A DNA stretch of 64,000 nt from Candidatus Bathyarchaeota archaeon (GTDB taxonomy: Archaea > Thermoproteota > Bathyarchaeia > TCS64): assembly GCA_963769425.1 (NCBI GenBank), contig CAVYLP010000003.1, positions 227,705 through 291,704 on the forward strand, given 5' to 3'. Numbering within the stretch: position 1 is the first letter of the stretch; each line of letters starts with the position of its first letter. A program made the position numbers and the translations under genes. This document shows, in pieces, positions 19,824-29,266 of the stretch. A model generated the notes under the pieces. The model did no database searches. It was not told the origin of the DNA and was given only the letters and a program-made list of their open reading frames with translations.

Positions 19824-21077
19824 TTAAGCCTTTATCAATTCATTGACCCTGTCGAGGAGCCTTCTCGCTATCTCCTTCTTCGATGTGAGGGCGATATGGA
19901 GGACATCCCGCTTCGGGTCAATTATGTAGACCTCGTTCGTGTCGACGTTGAAGCCACGGTTCTCCTTGGAGACGTCGTTGGCGACTATGAGGTTCATCTT
20001 CATCTCCTTGAGGCGCTTGTAGCTCCTCTCGATCAACTCCTCCTCGGTAATGTCATACTCGGCCTTGAAGCCAACGAGGAAGACCTTCGGATCGGCCTTC
20101 TTGACCTCGGCTATCACCTTGGGGAGGGCTTTGAGTTTGAGGGTCCACTCCCCCTGGTTAGAAGGGGTCTTCTCCATTTTCCTGTCTGCGGGTCCCCAGT
20201 CGGAGGCTGCTGCGGATAGTATGGCGGCGTCGTACTTCTTCGCCTTTAGCTCGCCGACGACCGCGTTGAGCATCTCCTCCGTTGTCTCAATCTTGACGAC
20301 CTTTGCGTTCGGCGGGGGTTGGGCCGTGGCTGGGCCATAAACTAGGGTGACCTCCGCACCGCGTTCTAGGGCGTCTTCGGCGATGGCTACACCCATCTTC
20401 CCGGAGCTCGGGTTGGTGATGTAGCGGAAGGCGTCGATATAGGCACGCGTCGGGCCAGCGGTGATTAGGATTCGCTTCCCCTTGAGGTCCTGTAGCTTCG
20501 TCAGCTTCTTGACCACGGCGGCGACGATCTCCTCCGTTCCGGGTATCTTCGCTTTTCCCTCCTCGAATCGGGGCATCAGCACCTCCACGCCTATGCTTTG
20601 GAGTTTGCGGATATTCTCGTTGACTATAGGGTGCTTGTACATACTCGCGTGCATTGCGGGGGCGATTATCACGGGGATGCCCGCACCGATGGCAGTAGTG
20701 AGCAGCGTCGTCACGGGTGTGTCGTCGATGCCCACTGCGACCTTTCCGATCGTGTTGGCGGTGGACGGCGCGACGAGTATGAGGTCCGCGTGTTCACTGT
20801 GCTCGCCGCCGTATTGAACGTGCTCGATTTCCCCCGTCAACTCGGTTACGACAGGGTTACCCGTTGACCAGTGGAACATATCTGGGTGGACGACGTGCTC
20901 CGCCATCTTCGACATGACCACGTAGACGTCCGCGCCGAGGCGCATCAGCTCCCGAGCGATGTCCGGGCTCCTGATCGCGGCGACGCTACCAGTCACGCAG
21001 AGTACAATCTTCTTCCCGAGAAGAGCGTGGGACTTCGTCCCGATGATCGACTTAGATGTATGCTCTCCGAATGCCAT
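19824..21077 (-). CDS. coaBC: Bifunctional phosphopantothenoylcysteine decarboxylase/synthetase
   Basis: VTGSVAA, APSTANT, PAMH, ITAGPT, TNPSSGKMG, VGFKAE. Confidence 0.96.
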   Translation of the reverse strand: MAFGEHTSKSIIGTKSHALLGKKIVLCVTGSVAAIRSPDIARELMRLGADVYVVMSKMAEHVVHPDMFHWSTGNPVVTELTGEIEHVQYGGEHSEHADLILVAPSTANTIGKVAVGIDDTPVTTLLTTAIGAGIPVIIAPAMHASMYKHPIVNENIRKLQSIGVEVLMPRFEEGKAKIPGTEEIVAAVVKKLTKLQDLKGKRILITAGPTRAYIDAFRYITNPSSGKMGVAIAEDALERGAEVTLVYGPATAQPPPNAKVVKIETTEEMLNAVVGELKAKKYDAAILSAAASDWGPADRKMEKTPSNQGEWTLKLKALPKVIAEVKKADPKVFLVGFKAEYDITEEELIERSYKRLKEMKMNLIVANDVSKENRGFNVDTNEVYIIDPKRDVLHIALTSKKEIARRLLDRVNELIKA

Positions 21078-21158
21078 CCCAGTCTCATGGCTTACGGCAA
21101 CGGGTCTGTCTTTTAACTTTTTACAACAAATCTCCCTTTGGCTCAATTGGGGTGAGGT

Positions 21159-21296
21159 TTAGAGGTTCTCCAGCTTCTCTTCGATCTCGCTAAGGCGCTC
21201 CATGATCTCCTCGAGCTTTTCCTCGATGGTGTCGATCTTGTCGATTAGACCGGCTACCTCGACCTCGAGGTCGTTGACCTTTTTTTCCTGACTCAT
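21159..21296 (-). CDS. 45-aa acidic coiled-coil microprotein
   Basis: Manual translation MSQEKKVNDLEVEVAGLIDKIDTIEEKLEEIMERLSEIEEKLENL; genome-like codon usage, TTTATAAA box about 40 nt upstream. Confidence 0.7.
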   Translation of the reverse strand: MSQEKKVNDLEVEVAGLIDKIDTIEEKLEEIMERLSEIEEKLENL

Positions 21297-21366
21297 GCAC
21301 ACTAGTCTCCGGTTCTGCGTTGATTGGCTCTCTTTATAAATTTAACTGGGTTAGGGTCGGCTGCGG

Positions 21367-21864
21367 CTAAGTGGTCCTCTTTGCGTTTTTGAGGGCGTCG
21401 GTGTACCACTTGGTGTCTTCCTCCGCGTAGCTGGACACGTTGGATCGAAGGGACTTTCCCTCGTTGCTGAGGATCACGACCTCCTTGATCTGGCTGTTCA
21501 TTATCTTGCGGCGGCAGCGCTGGCAGGGGACAGCCATCGTTAGTTTGCCGTCCCTGTCCTTGCCTGCTATATAGAGTGTGGCTCCGATGCGGTCCGAGCG
21601 GTTGCTGTTGATTATGGCGTTCTCCTCCGCGTGGACGGCGGGGCAGTAGTCATACGCGGCGCCCTGCGGTGACTCCATCTCGTCCTTTATGCAACCGACC
21701 TCGTAGCAGTTTACGACGCCCCTTGCGGTGCCGTTGTAGCCGGTCCCCACGATGGTGCTGTCCTTCACGATGACCGCCCCAAACTTACGCCTCGTGCACG
21801 TTGAGCGCTCCGCAACGCTGAGCGCGATGTCTAGGAAATACCTATCCTTATCCGGCCGATCCAT
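21367..21864 (-). CDS. dCMP/cytidine deaminase family (ComEB-like) protein
   Basis: STC.RR..GAV, GYNG, HAEENA, PCQRC. Confidence 0.9.
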   Translation of the reverse strand: MDRPDKDRYFLDIALSVAERSTCTRRKFGAVIVKDSTIVGTGYNGTARGVVNCYEVGCIKDEMESPQGAAYDYCPAVHAEENAIINSNRSDRIGATLYIAGKDRDGKLTMAVPCQRCRRKIMNSQIKEVVILSNEGKSLRSNVSSYAEEDTKWYTDALKNAKRTT

Positions 21865-21949
21865 GGCTGAAGAATCGGAGGTTCGGATAAAAAGCCTTCC
21901 AGCCACCGGCGGAAAACGTTTATCGCTTAACCCCTCCCCCGAGTACTCA

Positions 21950-22012
21950 GGCGGGCGATGATGACTTTGCCCTTCTGAATCCGTGATGAGGATCTTGAGT
22001 TTGGAGCCCGCC
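21950..22012 (+). ncRNA. Box C/D guide sRNA
   Basis: 7-bp terminal stem GGCGGGC/GCCCGCC, C box ATGATGA (21958), 10-nt guide, D' CTGA (21975), C' GTGATGA (21983), 12-nt guide, degenerate D (TGGA). Confidence 0.75.
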
Positions 22013-22065
22013 GCTCACAACCTTCATAACATGAGTCGGGGAGACTGTATCCACGGTGAAAGAAT

Positions 22066-22248
22066 ATGCCGTGGATAGAGGTCAAATGGTACGCCGGTAG
22101 GGACAAGGCCACGAAGGCCAAGACTATGGAGCTGCTAACGAAGGCGATGTGCGAGGCCGTTGGGTGCAAGCCCGAGGCAGTCAGCGTCGTCTTCTACGAC
22201 GTCGAGAAGTACAACTGGGGCAGCGCCGGGAAGCCCTACGGCAATTAG
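22066..22248 (+). CDS. 4-oxalocrotonate tautomerase family protein
   Basis: Pro-1 after Met, GR at position ~11, 60 aa, ...NWGSAG. Confidence 0.9.
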   Translation: MPWIEVKWYAGRDKATKAKTMELLTKAMCEAVGCKPEAVSVVFYDVEKYNWGSAGKPYGN

Positions 22249-23850
22249 TCCGGCTAACTCCCTCTTTTTAACCGCGTTCTCCAGCTCGGAGATCACGCTC
22301 TCTTTTCCGATAAGCGAGATGTATGGTCCGAGCCTGGGTCCCTGGCTTTTTCCGAGCAGAACCCTGTAGACAATGGGGAAGACGTCCCGCGGCTTCAGGC
22401 CGTTCTCCTTCGCCGCGTTGAAGGCCACGCTCTGTATCTCCTCCGGCGTGTTCGCCTTCCTCAACTCAGCTATGACTGCCTTCACAATCATGGCTTCGGG
22501 TTCGGTTAGTGTAATCTCTGGGAGCTCTTCGGCGAAGTCCTCCACCCAGTTCATGGCGTAGCCTATCCGCTTCGAGAGCCCGTTCTCGGTCTTGTCTAGG
22601 TATCCGTACTCCCTGAGCTTCGACGTGATGAACTCGACCTCCGAGCCCCTCGGGGCGAGGCGCGCGAGCTTCAGCACGAGGTTGTAAGGGACATGTACCT
22701 CAGGTTCCTTCGGGGGCTTTAGCATCCAGCAGTACTCGAATAAGCCGGATGACTGCGCCTTCTCCATCTCGTTCAAGGTCTTTGCCTTCCCAAAGAAGGC
22801 GTCCTCAGTGTCGTCGAGCTCGTCCATGTGGGTGGGTATGTCCTCGACGCTCCCGTTCTTCGTGCCGACGAAGCGCTTGAAGATGAGGAGATTGAGGGAC
22901 TGGGGCGAACCATAGTGGTACCATACCTGCGGGGTGAATACGTTGCCAGCGGACTTGCTGATCTTCTTTCCGCCGCGGTCGGTGAACATCTCGTACTGGA
23001 CATGCATGGGCGGCTCCCAGCCGAGTATCTCGCGACATATCCTGTCGTTGACGCGTACACTGTCGGCGATGTCCTTGCCGTATGCCTCGAAGCGTATGTC
23101 GAGGGCCCTCCAACGGGCGGCGAATTCTACCTTCCAGCTGAGCTTCCCATTGCCTGTGAGTATGTCTACCTCGCCCTTGTGGCCACAACCCTCCAGCCAG
23201 TTGCCGCGTACCTCCATCCCGTTGCACTCGTACTCGATAGTGTGGGACTCGGGGTGGTACTTCGTGGCGTGTGTGGTGTAGATTCGCCCGCACTTCTCGC
23301 AGACGACGAAGTAGGGGAGCTCCTCCGTGTACTTCTCTTGACCGATCTCGTCCTCGATGATCTTCCCAACCTTCTCGTGGTTGTTCATGATGGCGAGGAT
23401 CTCATCGTCGAAGACGCCCTGCTTGTAGCACTCGAAGCCGCTCATGAAGTGGTAGTCGGCGCCCGCGGTGTCTAGGGCGGCGAGTAGCTGACTCGTCATG
23501 TGTGCTCCGAAGCTCTTGTGGCACTCGCCAGCTGGGTCAGGGATGGTGCTTACCGAGTAGCCGAGCCACTTCTCTAGTTCTTTAGGGAGCCCCGCGGGGA
23601 CCTTCCTGAGACCATCTTTGTCGTCGCTGAATGCGATTAGCTCCGCGTCATATCCCTGGACCCTACAGCCGAGGGCGACAGCGTAGTTACGAAGTGCGTC
23701 GCCGAGGCTCCCGATGTGCGGGAACCCTGAGGCGCCGAGGCCGCTCTCCGTCCTGATAAGCTTTAGGCTTCTGCCGAGCTTCTTCTCCCTTTCTATGAGT
23801 TCCGAGGCGGCCTTGTCGTACCACGTGCCTTTACCGATGATCTCAGGCAT
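22135..23850 (-). CDS. lysS: Lysine--tRNA ligase, class I
   Basis: GASGFPHIGS, WKVEFAARW, KISKSAGN, GPRLG; last ~35 aa overlapping the tautomerase are doubtful. Confidence 0.96.
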   Translation of the reverse strand: MPEIIGKGTWYDKAASELIEREKKLGRSLKLIRTESGLGASGFPHIGSLGDALRNYAVALGCRVQGYDAELIAFSDDKDGLRKVPAGLPKELEKWLGYSVSTIPDPAGECHKSFGAHMTSQLLAALDTAGADYHFMSGFECYKQGVFDDEILAIMNNHEKVGKIIEDEIGQEKYTEELPYFVVCEKCGRIYTTHATKYHPESHTIEYECNGMEVRGNWLEGCGHKGEVDILTGNGKLSWKVEFAARWRALDIRFEAYGKDIADSVRVNDRICREILGWEPPMHVQYEMFTDRGGKKISKSAGNVFTPQVWYHYGSPQSLNLLIFKRFVGTKNGSVEDIPTHMDELDDTEDAFFGKAKTLNEMEKAQSSGLFEYCWMLKPPKEPEVHVPYNLVLKLARLAPRGSEVEFITSKLREYGYLDKTENGLSKRIGYAMNWVEDFAEELPEITLTEPEAMIVKAVIAELRKANTPEEIQSVAFNAAKENGLKPRDVFPIVYRVLLGKSQGPRLGPYISLIGKESVISELENAVKKRELAGLIAVGLPGAAPVVLLDVVEDDADCLGLAPNGLAHRLR

Positions 23851-23924
23851 CCATCTCTACCTTCGAATACCTACCATGGATTGTTTTAAAAAGGGTTCGC
23901 CGCCCCGAATCGCTTAAAGGGATA

Positions 23925-24608
23925 GTGGGTGGATCGTTCTCCGTGAAGTCGAAAGAGGGCAGGCCGATCCTGACCTACGTCATCATCGCGGCGTCCGCGC
24001 TCGTGATGCTCCACGAGACGATCCTCCCCGCATCGGCGGCGAGCCTACTCTATGACGAGTACGCCCTCAACCCAAGTTACGTCACCCACGGGATGCGGAT
24101 CGTAAGCATCGTCTCATACATGTTCCTCCACGCGGACTGGGTCCACCTGATACTCGACAGTTTCGCGCTCTGGGGGGTCGGGACCATAATGGAGAGGGAG
24201 ATCGGCTCAGCGAGGTTCGGGATCGTCTTCCTCGCCTCGGGCGTGGTCGCGGGCCTCTCACACGTCGTTTTAAACTCCGGCTCGACAATCGCCCTCGTGG
24301 GTGCCTCCGGTGCCGTGTTCGGTACCCTCGCGACTCTCTTCCTCCTCAGCCCATTTAAGAAGACCACCATCTTCGTCGTCCCGCTCCCTGCAATCATGGT
24401 CGGCGTACTCATGGTCTCAGTCGAGCTAGCGAGCTTCGTCTGGGCAAGCGGGACACTCGCAGCCAACGACGTTCAGGTGATCGGCTTCGTGACCGGCGCT
24501 GTACTGTCTTTCTGGATCGACGCGAAGCGGGCGCTGAAGTGGCTTGTCATAGGGGTGGGGGTCGCGATAATTATTTACATGCTCGGGATGTACCTCGGCG
24601 TCATCTGA
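23925..24608 (+). CDS. Rhomboid-family intramembrane protease (possibly inactive)
   Basis: MFLHADW.H, GASGA; expected catalytic His in TM6 is not evident (ANDVQVIG). Confidence 0.85.
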   Translation: MGGSFSVKSKEGRPILTYVIIAASALVMLHETILPASAASLLYDEYALNPSYVTHGMRIVSIVSYMFLHADWVHLILDSFALWGVGTIMEREIGSARFGIVFLASGVVAGLSHVVLNSGSTIALVGASGAVFGTLATLFLLSPFKKTTIFVVPLPAIMVGVLMVSVELASFVWASGTLAANDVQVIGFVTGAVLSFWIDAKRALKWLVIGVGVAIIIYMLGMYLGVI

Positions 24609-25293
24609 GGCTGAGCAGCGCTTCGGGTAGATCTTGCATCGACTTGATCGTAGCGTCGGGCTTCGCTGCTTCCATCGCCACCTTGTTCGTGAAGTAGACT
24701 GGAATCGCGATAGTCCTAGCCCCCGCTGCCTTACCCGCCAGCACGTCGTTGTGGCTGTCACCCACCATCACGCCGTCTAGTGGGTCTACACCCATCTCCT
24801 TGAAGCAGGCCAGAACCTGGTCGGGGTGGGGCTTCATGAGCAGGCCAGGGGTTCTACCGACAACGGATTGGAAGAACTGGGAAACCTCTAGTCTATCGAG
24901 AATCTCCTTCGCAACGCCACCCGAGTTCGAGGTGCAGACCGCCATTTTAACCCCCTGATCCCTGAGCCATCCCAGCGTCTCACGGGTCCCCGGCATGAAA
25001 CCGCACATCTCGATCCCCTCGGCCTCGTAGCCGTCCAGCACCCCCCATATTCTACCGCGCAGCTCCTCGATCTCCTCCCGAGACTGCGTAGTTGCGAGCC
25101 GGGTCTCCATCTCGTGGATCAGGTTGAAGAGACCCTTAGAGGTGCAGCTCGAGATCATTTCCTCGCTGCAACCGCACGCCCGGTAAGCCCCGACAACTTC
25201 CTCCTGTGCCTCCCTCCACCTGACATGCTCACCAAGGTCGATGAGTGTGGCGTCCAGATCGAATACTATACCTTTGATCTTTAAGGGAGTCAA
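24601..25293 (-). CDS. HAD-superfamily hydrolase (phosphoglycolate phosphatase-like)
   Basis: FDLDATL, CTS, KPHP, VGDSHND. Confidence 0.9.
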   Translation of the reverse strand: MTPLKIKGIVFDLDATLIDLGEHVRWREAQEEVVGAYRACGCSEEMISSCTSKGLFNLIHEMETRLATTQSREEIEELRGRIWGVLDGYEAEGIEMCGFMPGTRETLGWLRDQGVKMAVCTSNSGGVAKEILDRLEVSQFFQSVVGRTPGLLMKPHPDQVLACFKEMGVDPLDGVMVGDSHNDVLAGKAAGARTIAIPVYFTNKVAMEAAKPDATIKSMQDLPEALLSLR

Positions 25294-25333
25294 GACGAAT
25301 GCGGAGAGTGGGTTCAGGTTATTTATAGTTGTG

Positions 25334-25411
25334 TGGAGCCCCGGGCGGGATTTGGACCCGCGATCTTTTGCTTACCAAGCAAACGCTTTAGCCTGGCTAA
25401 GCCACCGGGGC
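25334..25411 (-). tRNA. tRNA-Thr(GGT), CCA encoded
   Basis: Cloverleaf GCCCCGG/CCGGGGC, anticodon arm TTTGC-TTGGTAA-GCAAA, T-loop TCCAAAT. Confidence 0.95.
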
Positions 25412-25700
25412 GAACAATCATAAGCACAGGGAGGATTGATTTTAAGCTTATCCCGCTTAGAATAGGGGTCTAAATGAAAAAGGAAATAGACGCCAGCCTT
25501 TCGTCAATGAGTGTGTTTTTCTAGTTACTAAATAACTGATATTATAGACTATTTTCCCTAACGCGGCGATTATCAACGTCCGTAAAAATCGTGTAATAAA
25601 CCCGAGTGAAACTGAGTGAAAATGATGCGAAAGTAATTTCTGATTAATGCCATTATATTTATATACTCAGAAATTATCCTATTTGTGGGGCTGATTAGTA

Positions 25701-25937
25701 GTGGCTCAGGTTGGTTCTAAGCGAGCGATGGTCGAGCGCATCGTGCAGACGACCCGCGAGGAGGCGGCATCCAAACGCAGGAGCGTGGAGACCATCGACC
25801 CGATCATCAAGGTCGGGCGAAGGATGTACCCGTACCTCTCTGATCGTGATCTCCTCGACTGCGCATCTACCGCCCTTCGTGTCATCCTCAGCAAAAAGGG
25901 GTCAGATCCCCTCCAAATGACCCTTGTCACCTACTGA
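25701..25937 (+). CDS. Small hypothetical protein
   Basis: 78-aa ORF preceded by strong TTTATATA box at about 25658. Confidence 0.6.
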   Translation: MAQVGSKRAMVERIVQTTREEAASKRRSVETIDPIIKVGRRMYPYLSDRDLLDCASTALRVILSKKGSDPLQMTLVTY

Positions 25938-26763
25938 GTCCGGCTAGTTCCCGCACCTTGTCCATGTTCTGGTAATCGCTGCGTCTGCTATCTATCGGCG
26001 TCTCCATTATCAGGGGTCTCTTGGCTAGTTGGCTCACGAGTATGCGGCGGAACCCTTCCACTCCGATCTTGCCGAGTCCAATATGATCGTGGTGGTCAAC
26101 CCCTGAGCCGAGTTCACCAAAGGAGTCGTTTAGATGGACGAGTTTGAGCTTGCTGAAGCCGATTGTCTTCCTTAGTACCCGAAGCGTCTGGGCGAGGCCA
26201 TCCTCTGTTGCTATATTGTAGCCTGCCGCGAACGTGTGGCACGTGTCAAGGCAGAACCCGAGCTTCTTGCTCCCAAGTTCGTTGATGAGGTCGGCTATAT
26301 AGCCGAAGTTTGACCCCATATGACCTCCCGAGCCTGAATCGTTCTCAAGGAGTATCATGGAGCTGTCCTCGTCGACTGCTTGTCCAAGGGCCTGTATAAG
26401 ACGCAGCCTCCCACCCTCGGCGCCCGAGCCCACGTGGCTCCCGATGTGGGTCACGATGTACAATATACCTAACTCCTTGCACCTCTCAGTCTCCTCGATG
26501 AGTGCGTCTACGGATTTCTTGTAGATGGTGTCGCTTGGGCTGGCGAGATTTGGGAGGTAGGGCATGTGGGAGAAGACAGGGCCTATCCCCGACTCCCTAT
26601 GCTTTCGGCGGAACACCCTGACCTCATCTGGGTTGAGGGGCTTGGACTTCCAAGTCCTCGGGTTCCGGGTGAATATCTGGAAGGCTGTGCACCCGAGAAG
26701 TTGAGCCCTGTCGAAAGACTGGTCTATGGAACCGGATATTGAGACGTGAAAGCCCAGCTTCAC
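25927..26763 (-). CDS. nfo: Endonuclease IV
   Basis: GFHVSISG, HMPYLPNLAS, LLEN, CLDTCH, HLNDS, IMETP. Confidence 0.95.
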   Translation of the reverse strand: MKLGFHVSISGSIDQSFDRAQLLGCTAFQIFTRNPRTWKSKPLNPDEVRVFRRKHRESGIGPVFSHMPYLPNLASPSDTIYKKSVDALIEETERCKELGILYIVTHIGSHVGSGAEGGRLRLIQALGQAVDEDSSMILLENDSGSGGHMGSNFGYIADLINELGSKKLGFCLDTCHTFAAGYNIATEDGLAQTLRVLRKTIGFSKLKLVHLNDSFGELGSGVDHHDHIGLGKIGVEGFRRILVSQLAKRPLIMETPIDSRRSDYQNMDKVRELAGLSR

Positions 26764-26809
26764 GATTGAGATAAAGGTCTCCGGGGTATTAAAAGTGGGA
26801 GAAGAAGGG

Positions 26810-28153
26810 CTACGATGCCTTCTTGACCGCCTTCTCGAGGATCTCCATCCCAGAGTCTAAGATGTCGTCCTCGATGGTGAGCGGCGGGTGGAGGCGTACG
26901 CAGTTGTTGTAGAGCCCAGCCTTTAGGATCATTAGGCCGCTGCTGAGGCAGGTCTTGATGACCTTGCTGCTCGCGTCGGGGTTGGGAGTCTTGGACTTCT
27001 TGTCCGTGACGAACTCCATCGCGAGCATTGGGCCTAGTCCCCTGACGTCGCCGATGATCTCGTACTTCTCCTTCATCTCCTCAAGCATCGGGCGTAGGTG
27101 CTTGCCCATCTTGGCGGAGTGCTCCACAATCTTCTCGCGCTTTATTAACTCAAGCACTTTAAGACCCGTTGCACAGGCGATCGGGTTGCCACCGTAGGTG
27201 CCGCCCATGCTGCCTGGGTAGGTGTCCTTCATCAACTCATCCTTAGCGACCACGCAGCTGAGGGGGAGGCCAGAGGCGATTGCCTTGGCCATGGTCATGA
27301 TGTCGGGCTCGATGCCGTAGTGCTCGATTGCCCACATCTTGCCGGTGCGGCCGAAGCCCGTCTGGACCTCGTCGATGATCATCTTAATGCCGTGCTCGTC
27401 GGCGAGCTTCTTCAGTTCCTTGAACCAGTCGAGTGGCGGTGTGATGAAGCCTCCCTCGCCCTGAACTGGTTCGGCGATTATCGCGCCGACGGTGGAGGGG
27501 TCGACCTGTGTTTTGAAGATGCTGTGTTCTATGTGTTCGATGCATGCGTGTCCGCAGTCTGGGTACTCGACGTGGAATGGGCATCTGTAGCAGTAGGCGT
27601 AGGGCGTGAAGTAAACGCCGGGTACAAATGGTCCGAAGCCTACCTTGTATGGGTCCCACTTGCCCGTGAGGGTCATAGCCATCCACGTCCTGCCGTGGAA
27701 GCTGTTCTCGAAGCTCAGTATGTTCGGCCTCTTAGTCCCCTGGCGGACGAGCTTTACCGCGTTCTCGACGGCCTCGCTCCCACTATTCAGGAACATGGCC
27801 CTCTTCTTGTAAGTGCCAGGTGTGACCTTCACCATCGCCTCAGCGAGCTTCACGTATGGCTCGTAGTTGACGACGTGTATGCAGCCGTGGATGAGCTTGC
27901 CCGCCTGGTCGCAGATCGTGTCGACGATCTCCTGTTTGCAGTGGCCTAGGCTGACGACGCCTATTCCGCTCGTGAAGTCGATCAGGGTGTTCCCGTCGAC
28001 GTCCGTTACTAATGCGCCCTTTGACTCGGCTACACCGATGGGCTGTGTGAGGTAGACACCCGGCGGCACGAACTCGTTTCTCTCCGCGAGCAGCGCCTTG
28101 CTCTTTGGGCCGGGTATCTCTGTGATGAGGTTAGGAACCTTCGCCTTCGGCAT
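26810..28153 (-). CDS. Class-III PLP aminotransferase (4-aminobutyrate/5-aminovalerate type)
   Basis: NSGSEAVEN, SFHGRT, EPVQGEGG, DEVQTGFGRTG, AKAIASG, GTYGGNP. Confidence 0.9.
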   Translation of the reverse strand: MPKAKVPNLITEIPGPKSKALLAERNEFVPPGVYLTQPIGVAESKGALVTDVDGNTLIDFTSGIGVVSLGHCKQEIVDTICDQAGKLIHGCIHVVNYEPYVKLAEAMVKVTPGTYKKRAMFLNSGSEAVENAVKLVRQGTKRPNILSFENSFHGRTWMAMTLTGKWDPYKVGFGPFVPGVYFTPYAYCYRCPFHVEYPDCGHACIEHIEHSIFKTQVDPSTVGAIIAEPVQGEGGFITPPLDWFKELKKLADEHGIKMIIDEVQTGFGRTGKMWAIEHYGIEPDIMTMAKAIASGLPLSCVVAKDELMKDTYPGSMGGTYGGNPIACATGLKVLELIKREKIVEHSAKMGKHLRPMLEEMKEKYEIIGDVRGLGPMLAMEFVTDKKSKTPNPDASSKVIKTCLSSGLMILKAGLYNNCVRLHPPLTIEDDILDSGMEILEKAVKKAS

Positions 28154-28226
28154 GTTCCATCGACTATGGTTCCTTGATTCAGCTAATAACGGTAATGGTG
28201 AGTAAAAGTGGCGAGAGGGAGGGGGT

Positions 28227-29166
28227 TTATGCGACGGTGAGGGCTAGGACCGCCTTCTCAGTGTGCATCCTGTTCTCGCCCTCATCGAAGACTACGCTGT
28301 GAGGTCCCTCGATGACCGAGTCGGTCATCTCCTCGCCGCGGTAGCCGGGGAGGCAATGCATGAAGACGCTATCGGGCTTCGCGAACTTGATAGTCTCGTC
28401 ATTGATCTGGTACTTGGCGAAGGCGACCTTGCGCTGCTCGATGTCCTTGTGCCCCATGCTGTGGAAGGTATTGGCGTAGACCACGTCGGCGCCCTTCAGC
28501 GCCTCCTCTAGGTCGTCGGTGACGACCATCTGGGTCTTGCCGATGCTGGCATGCTCCTCCGCGAACTTTGTTATCTTGGGGTTCGGTGCCCAGCCCTTGG
28601 GTAGTGCGATGTAGCAGTCCATACCTAGGAGGCTGCTACAGGTCATGAGGCTGTGGCAGACGTTCCACGGGTCGCCGACGTAGGCGAGCTTGTAGGCCCT
28701 TGATGTGGCCCTTGTGCTCTCGGATTGTGAGCATGTCGGCGAGGCCCTGGCAGGGGTGCACGAGGTCAGTTAGCGCGTTGATGACGGGGTTCTTCATGTA
28801 CTTGGCGTATTCGTCGACGATTTCCTGACCGTAGGTGCGTATAACGAGTGCGTCGCAGTACCTGTCGAGAATGCGCGCCGTGTCCTTGATGGGCTCGCCG
28901 CGCGCCAGCTGCATCGTGTCGGGTGTCGCGTAGAAGCTCTGCGCCCCAAGGTGGGCGATGCCCGCTTGGAAGCTGAAGCGGGTACGCGTGCTATTCTTCT
29001 CGAAGACCATGGCGATGGTACGCCCCGCAAGGTAGTCGTGAGGTTCCTTCATCATCCGCTTATACTTCAGCTGCTGGGCGACGTCCAGCATGTAGGTGAT
29101 CTCGAGGGGTGAATAGTCCATAAGGGTGAGGAAGTCCTTTCCGAGGAAGCGATCCTTCATACTCAT
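28227..29166 (-). CDS. Ornithine carbamoyltransferase-like transcarbamylase (apparent +1 indel near 28696; atypical substrate loop)
   Basis: STRT, HPCQ, HCLP, ENR motifs; joined reading GHIKGYKLAYVGDPWNVCHSLMTC; YANTFHSMG instead of YTDxWxSMG. Confidence 0.88.
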
Positions 29167-29266
29167 TACAGGTCGTGGTATGATCCATCTAGAACGTCTT
29201 TAACATTAACGGTCGCGGATGTGGCACGGGTTGCTGCAACGATAGATAACGGAAAAAAAGTGCTGG

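Noticed and set aside
22135-22260. 113-nt convergent overlap of lysS and the tautomerase
   Set aside because: The LysRS tail is just the antisense of the tautomerase; probably a lost stop or indel.
28636-28700. Transcarbamylase as two genes or pseudogene
   Set aside because: A single extra C restores GYKLAYVGD and both halves are otherwise intact.
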